DNA of 64,000 bases. It comes from Phoronis australis. Taxonomy: Eukaryota; Animalia; Phoronida. Positions 11,501-23,511 of the stretch are shown here, in pieces (position 1 is the stretch's first letter; each line of letters starts with the position of its first letter). Below the pieces are notes generated by a model. That model ran no database searches, had not been told where the DNA came from, and saw only the letters and a program-made list of their open reading frames with translations. The translations under genes and the position numbers were made by a program. The stretch is taken from NCBI GenBank assembly GCA_002633005.1, contig NMRA01000771.1, forward strand, positions 62,001 through 126,000. Reading direction: 5' to 3'.

Positions 11501-14500
11501 CGCATTTTATTATATTTCCGCGTAAAAAAATCGGATTTGAATATAAAATTTCCGCGACAAATTCCTTTCGTACCGCGGCATTGCCGACGACGTTCACCTG
11601 GAAAAGCGGAAGTTACTCTTTATGTTTCGGAGGAACGTAAATTGTCAGCATTGCCGGGGCATCTGGGATAGTGTGGTGGGATTTTCAATGGCGACTCGTG
11701 TGATTGTAAACCGCGGTGACAAATACTACGGCTCCGCAGCCAAAAATGTGTGGGGGTGGGAGTGGACGGACGAGCTAAAGAGATGCAGATGCATGCTACT
11801 GATGGTGGTAACGTTTTTTTTTTAGTCCTCCCGACTTTTGTCGGCGAAAGGCTCACATCGACTATTTCAAAGCTGGGTAGCGCGCGTGTTTTGGGCCGTA
11901 AAAGTTTCCGCTTTTTTTGTCATTGGTCATTCCAAGCCCTGATGAGCTAACTTTCGAACGTATCGGACTACCGGTGTGCCCCCTAGTGGCAATTTTAGTT
12001 TTGTACGTTTACCTCTGTATCTTCAAAAGTTTTGAACGGATTTTCATAAAATTTGGTATATAGGCACCTATTAGTAAGATAATGCTGTCCTGCCGTTTTC
12101 GGATGGGTTCCATGTAGTGTGTGCCACCTAGTGGCCATTTTTACTGTTTTCGAGTCTGTTTTTTGCGTCCACCCCTCTATCAACCAAACCACTTAAAGGA
12201 TGATTGTGAAAATTGGCATGTATGTTTTTATTATGTAGTGGACGGCTGACGGTGATTTTCCGACCATTTGCACTACTGTGGCACCTCCTAGTGGCAGTTT
12301 TGTTTTTTTTTTTGCACTTATGGCTGTATCTCCTAAACCGTTTGAGGGATCATTACTAAATTTAGGAAGTGTATTTATATGACGTTGACAACAAATGATG
12401 ACGACTTTCGGACGGATCCGACTACTGGTGTGCCCCGTAGTGGCAATTTTAGTTTTTTACATTTACCTCCTCAAAGGATTTTCATAAAATTCAATATGTA
12501 GGCACGTATTAGTGAGATGACGTTGTTTTCCCGTTTTCTGATGGATGCGACATAGTTTGCGCCACCTAGTGGCCATTTTTACTGTTTTCAAGTCTGTTTT
12601 TTGCGTCCACCCATCTATCAACCAAACCACTCGAAGAATGGTTATGAAAATTGACATGTATGTTCATACTGTGAAGTGGACGGCTGATGATGATTTTCCG
12701 ACGACTTCAACTACTGTGGCGCCTCCTAGTTGTAGTTTTGTTTTTTTGCACCTATGCCTGTATCTCCTAAACCATTCGCAGGATCTTTACTAAATTTAGA
12801 AAGTGTATTCATATGATGTAGGCAATGAACGACGACAATTTTTGGACGAATCTGACTGCTGGTGTGCCCCCTAGTAGCAATTTCAGGTTTTTACGTTTAA
12901 CTCTGTATGATCAAAGGTCCGCAACAGATTTTCATAAAATTTTGAATATAGGCATTTATTGGTGAGGTGATGCTATCCTCCTGTTTTTGGATGGAATTGA
13001 GGTATTTTGCGCCACCTGGTGGCCATTTCTGCTGTTTTCGAATCTTGTTTTTGGCATCCACCCTTCTATCAACCAAATCATTCTTGGGATGGTTTTAAAA
13101 AATGGCATATGTGTTCTCAGTGTAAAGGGGACGACGTTTGATGCTGGTGACTGACTACTGTGGCTCCTCCTAGTGGTAGTTTTGTTATGTTTTGTGCCCA
13201 TAGCTGTATCTCCTAAACCCACTGCAGGATCTTTATTAAATTTAGTGAGTGTATTTGTAATGGAGATAACAACAGATTTCAACGACTTACAGGCAGATCC
13301 AATGGACACTGTGCTCCACTTAAGTGGCAATTTCATTTTATTCCGTTTTCTTTTGTTTTTCTGAAGTTCCTTGACACATTTTTATGAAAAATGGCATGTT
13401 CCAGTTTTTTGATGGATTGTACGTTTTTGCGCCATCTATTGGCCATTTTTATGATACAAATAAATAACCCTAGAAGCACACCATTTGCGATGCATTCGTG
13501 GGCACATTTCAACGCTCTGCGTTGCTCTTGTTTTTATTACTTTGTTACCCTACAGTAGTTCAACTGTTTTGTTTAACTTGTTTCCACCCATCCACTTACA
13601 GTACAGGAGCTTGTTTTCCTTTCTGTTCTCAACAGCAGTCTTTTCCATGAACCCTGATGCGAAGTGATATGGAAATCAACTATTGGAGGTTGTCTCCCAA
13701 TGTGAATAACTTTTATGCAACTGATGTGTTACGGTTATCTCAACCCTTATTTAGTGACCTTCATTCAAATTAATTTAACAAAAAACAGGCCATGTCAAAT
13801 TGTAAAAGTATTATATTTTCTGAAAGAAAAAACATCAGATATTTGTTTTGTTTTGTATTGATGTGTCATTATTACTATTATGTTAATGCTTTTTAAGTCA
13901 AAATTTCATTTTCAAGAAAGGTATATCCATATCAAAATAACTCCATGGTAAATTTTAATGAAACACTTTCAAGTGAAAACTTCACAATTTACCTCAAAAA
14001 CTGTTAGGAATTTTCGATTTCTCATTTAAGTTTGTTTCTATGCCAAATTAACTTGCAAAACATAGGTATTTTTGTAAAAAAAATGGCAGTTGTTTTGTGA
14101 AAAATAGTAGTTGTATTTGTCTTATCGTACAGTACACAAAAATTTTGTGTTGAAAAGAAAAATCTTGGCAGCATAATTGAGATTAATGAATAAATTTTGA
14201 AACTGGAAAGTTTCAGTGAAATTCACCAAGCTGTTTTTGAGAACTCATTATGCCGTCATCTCCGTCCGTCTGTCCGTCCATACGGGCGGCGTCCGTCCGG
14301 CGTCCGCTGCTCTATTTCCAAAACCCTTTGACATACGTTCATGAAATTTGGCACATATGTTCCATTCATGAATGGGACGGCATTGACCCTATTCACGCGG
14401 CGGCCATTAAGATCCAAAGCGAGGCTCACTGCGATAAATAAAGCGAAAGTAGACATTGCGTGAGTTAAATAGCCGGTCTTTCGAGTCCAACCTGGATATT

Positions 14501-17500
14501 AAATTTTAATGATGTGTCGACAATTAACCACAGAGACGTAGAAAATTACATTAGAGAACAAGTTAAGGCGCCAAAGAGTTGTCTGACGAAAGGNNNNNNN
14601 NNNNNNNNNNNNNNNNNNNNNNNNNNNNNNNNNNNNNNNNNNNNNNNNNNNNNNNNNNNNNNNNNNNNNNNNNNNNNNNNNNNNNNNNNNNNNNNNNNNN
14701 NNNNNNNNNNNNNNNNNNNNNNNNNNNNNNNNNNNNNNNNNNNNNNNNNNNNNNNNNNNNNNNNNNNNNNNNNNNNNNNNNNNNNNNNNNNNNNNNNNNN
14801 NNNNNNNNNNNNNNNNNNNNNNNNNNNNNNNNNNNNNNNNNNNNNNNNNNNNNNNNNNNNNNNNNNNNNNNNNNNNNNNNNNNNNNNNNNNNNNNNNNNN
14901 NNNNNNNNNNNNNNNNNNNNNNNNNNNNNNNNNNNNNNNNNNNNNNNNNNNNNNNNNNNNNNNNNNNNNNNNNNNNNNNNNNNNNNNNNNNNNNNNNNNN
15001 NNNNNNNNNNNNNNNNNNNNNNNNNNNNNNNNNNNNNNNNNNNNNNNNNNNNNNNNNNNNNNNNNNNNNNNNNNNNNNNNNNNNNNNNNNNNNNNNNNNN
15101 NNNNNNNNNNNNNNNNNNNNNNNNNNNNNNNNNNNNNNNNNNNNNNNNNNNNNNNNNNNNNNNNNNNNNNNNNNNNNNNNNNNNNNNNNNNNNNNNNNNN
15201 NNNNNNNNNNNNNNNNNNNNNNNNNNNNNNNNNNNNNNNNNNNNNNNNNNNNNNNNNNNNNNNNNNNNNNNNNNNNNNNNNNNNNNNNNNNNNNNNNNNN
15301 NNNNNNNNNNNNNNNNNNNNNNNNNNNNNNNNNNNNNNNNNNNNNNNNNNNNNNNNNNNNNNNNNNNNNNNNNNNNNNNNNNNNNNNNNNNNNNNTCCCA
15401 AACCGTTTGCAGGATCTTTACTAAATTTAGCAAGTGTATTTATGTGATGTTGACAACGGACGATGACGACTTTAGGATGATTCTGACTACCGGTATGCCT
15501 CTAGTGGCAATTTTAGTATTTTACATTGACCTCTGTATTTTCATAGGTCTTCAGGTGTATACTTTGTGTTACTTCGTGACTATGAAGGAAAAGTTCCAAG
15601 TAGAAATTTGTTTCTGGCATTCTAATGCTGTGCTAATCTCGTATGTTGGTAAATTTGTTTTTAATTCTATGTTTCTGTGGTGCTTTAAGCAACTGATGTA
15701 TAGGATGTGCTTGTGTTATGAAGATCACTCACATTTTTCCCCTAGCCTATTGAGGAGACAATGACCATGCCTTTCCATTTTGCAAAGTACAACATACTAC
15801 ATATATGCCCTCTACAGGCCACTTGATGGTACCAATAAACAACTCTAGAAGGATACCGTATACGGTGCAATTGTAGGCGCATTTCAACGCTCTGCGTTGC
15901 TCTTGTTTTTAAGTTAACTTAAGTGGATTTGCCAAAGCCAAGAAAAGGGAGAACATTGCAGTCTTCCAAATCTGATGGTTTTTATTCCGTGAAAACTTGT
16001 TTTAGGTCAATATAATCTATATGTGCCTTAGCCACGTTCACTATTTCAACATTCACTGAATGTGCAGTGGGTAACTATCTTAATTATTACTAAAATTTTG
16101 TGAATGTGATCGAGTCTAGCTAGACCAAGGCTACTTTTAAGTATGTCAAAAGTTCATTGTTATATACACCATGGGCTGGGAGACTGATTTGAAACCAAGT
16201 ATGAAGTGGACAACAAAAATCGAATCGGTGGTTAAAGCGCGTCCTGAGCATGAGATCGTAACAGTGAAATGTCAAACTACTGATCAAATTAATGAATTTG
16301 AATGAGGATTTATCTCTTTTCACAACTTGCTTTGTTTGTGAACACAAAGCCACTGAGGTCAGTGTTGCAACTTGGTCTTGGTCCATTCTTTCTCAACAGT
16401 CGTATGCATGCAAAATTTAATGCACAACTCCCTCAGGATCAAAACTCCATTTTGTCTTCATTTTCCTATCATCTTTCTATCCTATGTATAAATCATTGAC
16501 TCAATAATATTACGACTCTGTGACTGAAAGAACTGAGGGTACATACTGAACTGCTCCATGCCTTTTGGGAGATTCAATTTGAGTGACAGCCATGTAACCT
16601 TTGACCTTGGATAAGTAGTAAAAAAACGTTTCCATGTAGTTGTGTGGTTCAAAGGTGGTTCTGCTAAATCTTTTTTTTCACTACATGGTATATATTTGTT
16701 ATTTGAAGTCCCCTGAAAATGAAGATAAGGTATTATACTAGACATAATTATGTGAAATCTTGTAAAAACGGTCAATTTTTGTGAATAAGGTATGAGATAT
16801 CCTTAAGGCAGTAAAGCTGTTATGTCTATTTCGTAAATAAGAAACCATTGCACAGACCTACTTTTGAATCTCTGACTTGGAACTATTTGATAAAATTTGC
16901 ACGTCTGGTACCAGTATGCTACTGTGCTGAAATCTGGTGATTTAAAGTATGAAATGCCTTGAAAGTGTATGTACTGAATTTTTGCTCTTAGAGTGCATGA
17001 ACTCTTGCTCAAGGTTATCTCAAACCTTTTTTGGCCTCAACTTATAAATCAAAAAACAGGCTTTGTCAACTAGTAAAAGTATATTTTCTGAAACAAAAAG
17101 ATCGGGTTAAAAAAGTATGTTTCATATTTATGTGCCATTATTATTATTACATCAACGGCTTTCTAAGTCAAGATATCATTTTTAAGAAACTCAATCATTG
17201 CAAAATAACCCCTCTGCCAATTTTAACGAAACCTAAATGAAAACTTCACGTGTTACCACAAAAAAGCTGTTAGGAATTTTTGATTCGTCTTTTAGCTTGG
17301 TGTCTATGACAAATTAACTCGAAAAATGTTTGTAAAAAATAGCAGTTGTGTTCTTCTTTGTTAAATTATGCAAAAACTAGGCAAAATCTAAGGTCTTCAG
17401 TTTATGAAAAGTTCTTTTCTGTCAATATAACCTATTCATGCATGTTTGCTATTTCATCATTCACTCACAGTGTCAACTAAATTTGTAGTGTGTAATTAAT

Positions 17501-20500
17501 TTAATTATCCTTAAAACCTTTTAATGATGTACATGGCGTTTCTTAATTATCACTAAAACTTTTTAATGGTGTTATCTAGGTCAGAAGGCGGAGCCAGCAG
17601 TAAGTAAGCCAACAATTCATTATGTACGCACTATGCACTGGGTTGAATGATATCAAGAAACCAAGTACGAAGTGGACAATAGAAATCGAGTCGGTGGTTA
17701 AAGTGCGCCATAAGCACAAGATCAATTATACTGAAATGTCAAATTAAAGAATTTCGGGGAGGATTTATCTTTTTTATGACTTAATGTGTGTGTTAGTGAA
17801 CACTAAGTCACAGAGGCGGTTCAGCAACTTGGTCTCTGTGCATTTGTTCTCAATGGTCATATGCTTGCAGACGCACAACTACCTCGGGATAAAAACTGAG
17901 TTTTATCTTCATTTTCCGCAGCATCTTTCTATGCTAATGTACACCTCATTTACTCAATATTTTGGCGACTCGGTGAATGAAAGGACTGAGGATACAAACG
18001 GAACAGCTCTATGCCTGCGAGGAGATTCGATTAGAGGGACAGCCTTGTAACCTTTGACCTCGGCGAAGTAGTAAATTAATTTCCATGCTGTTGAAGGTGG
18101 TTGTACTAAATCTTTTTTCGGATTTTGAAGGTCCCCGAGAATGAAAATAAGGTATTTTGCTTGACATATATGAAAGTTAGTAAAAATGAAACTTTTTGTG
18201 AATAAAGTTTGAGATGTCGTCAAATTCGGCTGTATTGGGCAAATCTATCCTCTTTATACAAATTGCTATGCAAAACAGTGACTTTAGGTATTGAAAAGTA
18301 CACCTTTAGATAATTATGTTAAAGTGACTAGGACGTGCTAGCTGGAATGAAAGACAATACACTACATAACAAAACTAATCAGACAAACTACCGTTTCCCT
18401 CGTCATGATGTCTAATTCTGTTAACAGGAAAAGTGTTGGGTAGTACCTGTAATTATGGAAGCTATCATGACAGGGAATTCCTTATCGTCTTATCTATTTG
18501 CTTTTGGCATGTATTGTGCCTGGGTAACTTCTGTCAGACAAATATTTTCTTCTCTTTCAGGATAAACAACTGTGTTGGGGAAGAGAATCACTACCTCTTC
18601 ATGCAGCTCTGTTTCTGGGCGTTCATACTTAGTCTCTTCACATTTATCGAGTGTCTGCTCCATTTCTATTTCTACCCCAAGTGTACTGTGTGCGATTACA
18701 GTGTAGGTACCACCACAAGATGATAAAAATCCAAACTCTTTGTTATTTAGATCAGATGGCTAGTCCTGTATATTTTATTGGTTTTCTTCATTAACTGAGC
18801 TTTCTGGAGCAAGTACAGTGAGTCATGTACAAGCTAATGATATTGTTGAGACAATCCATTCCAACAGAGCTGGCTGTGTGAACTCAGCCGTGGTGTTCTG
18901 GGGTCTGTTTCATGAAAAGTGACTTAAGACAGAAATTTAGTGTTGCACAACTTAAAACTATTTTTGGCTGTTCCAATAAAAAATGTTTTTCTTTTATTTC
19001 TCCAACCCACGACCTGTAACTTTTAATTAAGATGAAATATGAAATGCGATTTTTGAGATAATCGACATGTCTAAAATTGCCAACAGGGGGTGCTATGGTA
19101 GCCAAATCTGTCCGTAAATCAACTGGTGCTGGTGCATACCAGACATCTATCTCTATGCCAAATGACATCTTGAGCTGTTAAGCGGTTTCAAGATAATCAA
19201 CGGACGAGCAATGACTTGAGTAGTCGAAAACTAACAGGGGCTGCCACAGTACTTGAATCCATCCAAAAATTGACTGGTGCTGGCACATTCTTGCCATATA
19301 CCTCTGTTTCGAATTTTATTGTGATCTGTCAAGCAGTTTTCGAGATAATTGACGCACAAGAATGGCTTGTCAAAAACTAAAGTGACCAACATGGGGTACG
19401 GTAGCCAAATCCGTGCGAAAATCGACTGGTGCAGGCGCATCACCGCCAAGTACATCTATACCAAATTTCATCATGATCTGCTGTACTTGATGGACAAGAA
19501 ATGATAATGACAGACGGACCGATCGACGGACATATGAACGGAGGAGCGGGATGCCGACTATGTGCGACCACAAAGTTTGTGGGTGCAGCAAAATTCCATG
19601 TGAGATCACAACTCATGTCAGTTGCCACAAACTTGCTTTTCAAATACACCTGTGAGCAATACTTAAGGCAGCCACCAGGTGTTATTGTCCACCATGTGTC
19701 TGTAATTTCAATAAGATTTTTTTAATTTCATGGATCTACGAATTTCAAAATGTCTCATGGAATGCTTTTAGGCCGCTATTGCAAGTGAATATTGGAACTT
19801 GTCTGTCTGACTCCTCATACTTTTTATTTAGAAATCATCAATTTTCTTACATGTTTTAACACCAGTTTAGTGTTGCAGTAATTTTCATTCTAATGTGACT
19901 ACAACCTGTGCCTTCAATCAAGTTGCCCAAGACCTGAGTAACAGCACAGTGTACGTATTGCACTCTGTACACTGGTTACACGGGCTTGTTTTGTTGTTTT
20001 TATGTAGCTACCAAGTGAATTGTTTGGTTAGTTTTGATTTCTTTTGAGAGTATTAAGGTCCTGTTTGTTTGGCTGAAAGTACTCACCTGTCAACATTTAC
20101 AGGACAAAAAGCAAAACTACCAACTTTTAATGATTTACTTCTTTCAAGAAGGACCACCCATAATTTATGTATTTTTCAAAGGACCATTACCCATAAATTT
20201 TTATTTCAACTGCTCCCCCCTCCCATAGGGATTTTGCTGGAACAGCCCTTATGAAAAATAATTTATTCTCACTTCCGACCAAAGTTGTAACTCCCTGAAA
20301 ATTCAGATAACTGCTAGTTTCTGAGTATAATCATTTCTAAACAGTGATGCACCCATAACTACTAGGTTAAACTTTTTATTCAGCAATTGTGCAGAAGCAG
20401 TGCAATATCAAATTTCTGTATTAAATCTTATGTTTCATGAAACAAAGCCCTGTCTCATTATTTGAGGTTACCAGGCCTTGTTTGTGTCAGCTATCATCAC

Positions 20501-23500
20501 TCTGATGATCCTGAAGGGGATTTACCAGGCTCTCAGTGAATGATTTTTTTAAATTGAAACTATATTCATATCACATTAAAGCACTTAAATTTGTCACCAA
20601 TTGGATTTTGAAACTATGGATGACCAAATGGGGAGAGAGGTAAGGGGCACTTTGATACCCATGTCTTGTCTTATGCCCTTATGAATTAACCTGTTGGTTT
20701 TATTATGCAAGATTTACAGTGCAGCAAAACTTGTTTGCTTTGTAGAGTTGGTTCTTCTACCACCAGAGGGCATTGTTGTATGTAGACACTACCCTGGGCT
20801 TCCTTATGAGTACCTTCATGTTATGTATGCTCTGCACACAGCATATGAACCTCATGTTGGTAAGTCTGTCGTTACTGTAACGTAACTACCATAAAAGATA
20901 TTTTTGGTAAAAATCACTTACAGGGGTACTGCATTTTGAGAACCAGTTTGCTCCACTGAATAAGGGGGACAAACTGGTTCTCAAAATCCAGGGCTCCTGT
21001 AAGTGACTATTACTGTTCTCTTGTTTCCAAATTTTAACCTACACAAGCATCAAGTGATATCTATCCGCAAATAGAATAAAGCCTTTTATCCTTTTTTCTG
21101 TGAGCAAGAGTTTATGATAGTGTCATGGATAAGTGTTTGAATTGAGAGTTTCTAGAATGTAACCTCTGAGAAATTACTCTAAAATCTCTCCAAGTTTAGA
21201 TGAAAATCATTGCCAAAATTACCATGTCTTTATTTTTCACTGTCTTCCAACATTGCTGTGAATGTTTAGCGCTATTCAATATGCTTTTTGTGATAGCCAT
21301 GGTATAAAGCATCTGTTTATGTAAATGTGAAAACAAAAAATTCTGCAAAAAGGTGTCCTTTGCACTAATGACGTACATTGGAGGCTCACATTTCCCACAT
21401 CCTGCAGCGTTATTCCCCGACACCACGTCATGATACTTACTGGATATGGTCAAGTGATTTATGGTGGATCATTTTCGGCACAAAACTTGTTCTCAAAAAC
21501 ATGTGGCAATTTTCAACCTATTTCATGTGCACATCGTTGCTATATGTTGTGTTTGGCCAAGCAATCACATAGATCAGGAATTTGCGTGCAAGTGCCACTA
21601 TGTCTCATTAAAACCGTGAATATTTAAAGTTGTAGCAAGCACCACCCAGTGATTTCCTTGGAAAACTTTGTGTACAAGTATTATCAGGAAAAGAAACAGT
21701 TTGTAAATAAATTACTTTTTTAAAGATAACACCCCAACTAATACCCTTAAAAACAAGTGTGAACACATAAAAAACCTCAGTAATTCCAAATATTGTTATT
21801 TGACTGTGAAATAATTAAACAATAAAAACTGTGCTTTGTTTCATTAGGGTAACAACAGTGCTGTGGGGGGGTTTCCTAAGGATTCCGGTGTCGTCCTAAG
21901 AAATGTGGACGAGAATTGGGAGCAAATAAAATGCCAGTGCACTGTCTGTTTGCAGTCGGAATCTGAGTTGCTGCCAGGCACAAAAGATTTGAGGTTCTAA
22001 ATAAACTAAGTCATATGCCTTCTTTGTTCTCTCGGCCGGCATCGAGTTTTTTTCCTCCATGATGAAATATTACCGTAGTCATTTACATAAAAATTGTCTT
22101 GCAAAACGAGGCTTTCGCGAGATTGTAGTTATGGTAACTGGTTCTGGGATGGTTTCTGGCACACTGGAGGACATGGAGTTGTTTGTAAATTTGTTCTTCA
22201 TTTGCTTATTCACAATTTAATGAGACAATGCATCTTTAAGTATGTGACTATAGACAATAGACATATATCTCAAGTTTGTCATCTAATTTTGTGGTCAGGC
22301 TTTGATTACAATTCAGATAATCAGAACACTTACTAGTTGTTTCCAGTTGGTATATTCTCTAATTATTTTTTGATTTTCAGGATAGAACAACGTTTGAAAA
22401 CATGTGGGATCCATTTCCTAAAGAACTGTGAGTAGAAATGAAACCATTTATTCCAAGACCTTGATTGTTTTGAATAGGTTATTGCAGCCGGGGTGAAGTA
22501 GTTGATCATTAATCAAAACTTGTAGAAATTTTCTTCTGATGTGGAGCTGCCTTGCTCCTTCTTTGAGGGAATGGTAACTCCTCAAAAAATTGCGTCCCCT
22601 CTGCCAATGTTCTGGGAAACGACTCCAAGGTCCTGACATGGTGGCGTCATAAGTTGTCTGACTCACGATTCATAGCTTTTAAATTAGATTTTCTCAGGAA
22701 CACTGGCATAGAGAAACGTATTTTTTTACAGAAATCAGTTATCAATATCCAATAGATGGAACCAAGTGGCTCTGCAACATTAGGAGAAATTTAACATAAG
22801 TTTCCAGGACTTGTGATTTATAATTTTGTAATGAGATGTTTTGAATTTAGAAGTTATTTTAGCAGCTAGTGCACAAGACTCCAAACTTTACTTAAGACTG
22901 GATTGAAACTTTAACTTCATTGTATCATTCATGTTGAAATTTAAAAGTTATCTCCAAGCTCAGCATTAACTAACAAGTTAAGTTCATTTCCCACACCACA
23001 TCACACATATCTTTTGTTGATTGGCGAGATTTCCTTGGTAAAACAATGACCCTGAATCAGCAAAATTACATATAAGATTTACTTTTAGTGATAAAGTTGC
23101 TTAAAACAACACAAATGCATTAAAATTTACCGCCTCACTAAATAGCATACTCTTGTAGGACAAATATTTAACACCCTTTGTATTCCACATGTGTTAAGAA
23201 CAAAGGATTTAAGTAGTGGGATTTCCAAGTGCATTTGAGAAATTGATGTGATGCTGTAAGTCAAGCGTTGAGCCTTCTTTATGGATATTACTATCTCACT
23301 AGTATCTTAGATTTCTAACAGATTTTAGCACATACTGGTTTGTTAGTCAATGAAAGCTTTGAATTCTTCTCTTGTTTGTAGTCCTCGTCAGAAACGTCCA
23401 GCTGTGGCGATCTATGCCGACTTGTGTGGTCCAGGTTCCAAGATGTTTTGGTTGTTTCCATGCCGACAGAGAGTGAGCGCCCCAGTTTACAAGTATTACA

Positions 23501-23511
23501 GTGTTGTGTGA
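8378..23511 (+). CDS. ZDHHC21: Palmitoyltransferase ZDHHC21-like, 7 coding exons, 281 aa: join(8378-8576,9640-9741,11154-11265,18561-18702,20746-20859,22381-22427,23382-23511)
   Basis: All introns are GT-AG and phases join to 846 nt. The protein has RLHFVKD, NPGRVP, the Cys-rich [46 protein letters not shown] domain, a TTFE motif and WLFP. The N-terminus and the NHxLFxQLCF segment resemble vertebrate ZDHHC21. Confidence 0.92.
9640..9741 (+). CDS. ZDHHC21: ZDHHC21 coding exon 2
   Basis: TTTGCAG acceptor; (A)[33 protein letters not shown]; GTAAC donor. Confidence 0.9.
10589..10911. mobile_element. PIF/Harbinger-type MITE
   Basis: TIR GGGTTGTTCCAGCAAAATCCGTATGGGAG / CTCCCATACGTTTTTTACTGCAACAACCC, with TAA on both sides. 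An inverted partial copy ends at 20248. Confidence 0.7.
11154..11265 (+). CDS. ZDHHC21: ZDHHC21 coding exon 3 (DHHC catalytic motif)
   Basis: (D)[36 protein letters not shown](W). Not shown in the ORF track in this frame. Confidence 0.95.
11303..13532 (+). mobile_element. Helentron-associated non-autonomous element (HINE/DINE-1-like), copy 1
   Basis: 5' palindrome ATGCGCCCACATATTTATATGTGGACGCAT, GTCC microsatellite and tandem cores of about 150 bp. The 3' end has subTIR GTGGGCACAT, hairpin CAACGCTCTGCGTTG and CTCTTGTTT in a T-rich target. Confidence 0.8.
11442..11941. mobile_element. hAT-type MITE nested in HINE copy 1
   Basis: TIR CAAGGCTTGGAAT / ATTCCAAGCCCTG. Target duplication ATGAGC(A/T)A, partly overlapping the left TIR. 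Absent from HINE copy 3. Confidence 0.7.
13733..16802. mobile_element. TTAA-type (Kolobok-like) MITE copy A, interrupted by HINE copy 2
   Basis: TIR GGTTATCTCAACCCTTATT / AATAAGGTATGAGATATCC followed by TTAA. Collinear with 17013-18221. Confidence 0.6.
14246..15908 (+). mobile_element. HINE copy 2 (5' truncated, spans gap 14594-15395)
   Basis: Same GTCC microsatellite head and the same 3' subTIR and hairpin. The tail is nearly identical to 26086-26523. Confidence 0.7.
17013..18221. mobile_element. TTAA-type (Kolobok-like) MITE copy B
   Basis: Starts GGTTATCTCAAACCTT. Shares blocks such as GAAACCAAGTAyGAAGTGGACAA and TCGGTGGTTAAAG with copy A. Confidence 0.6.
18561..18702 (+). CDS. ZDHHC21: ZDHHC21 coding exon 4
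   Basis: Polypyrimidine CAG acceptor; [47 protein letters not shown]; GTAGGT donor. Confidence 0.92.
19000..19590 (-). mobile_element. Decayed HINE-like element of a second family
   Basis: Three to four degenerate units of about 150 bp (TTTTGAGATAATCGAC...ACTGGTGC), ending in a GACG/GGAC microsatellite near 19510-19540. Confidence 0.5.
20746..20859 (+). CDS. ZDHHC21: ZDHHC21 coding exon 5
   Basis: [38 protein letters not shown] (transmembrane segment), phase 0/0, GTAAGT donor. Confidence 0.85.
20914..21006. repeat. 93-bp hairpin mini-MITE; relatives at about 23608-23670 and 38190-38300
   Basis: TCACTTACAGG...ATTTTGAGAACCAGTTTG / CAAACTGGTTCTCAAAAT...CCTGTAAGTGA. Confidence 0.75.
22381..22427 (+). 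CDS. ZDHHC21: ZDHHC21 coding exon 6 (TTxE motif)
   Basis: TTTTCAG acceptor; [15 protein letters not shown](L); GTGAGT donor. Confidence 0.88.
23382..23511 (+). CDS. ZDHHC21: ZDHHC21 terminal coding exon
   Basis: [42 protein letters not shown]. Phase matches exon 6. Confidence 0.85.

Noticed and set aside
11950-13450. Regularly spaced CTAGTGGC motifs resembling a CRISPR array
   Set aside because: The intervening sequences are homologous monomers rather than unique spacers. The context is a eukaryotic intron with no cas genes.
14499-15764. Long ORFs in the track spanning 14.5-15.7 kb (likewise 25.5-26.2 kb and 50.5-51.6 kb)
   Set aside because: They are read-through of N gaps (poly-X), not genes.
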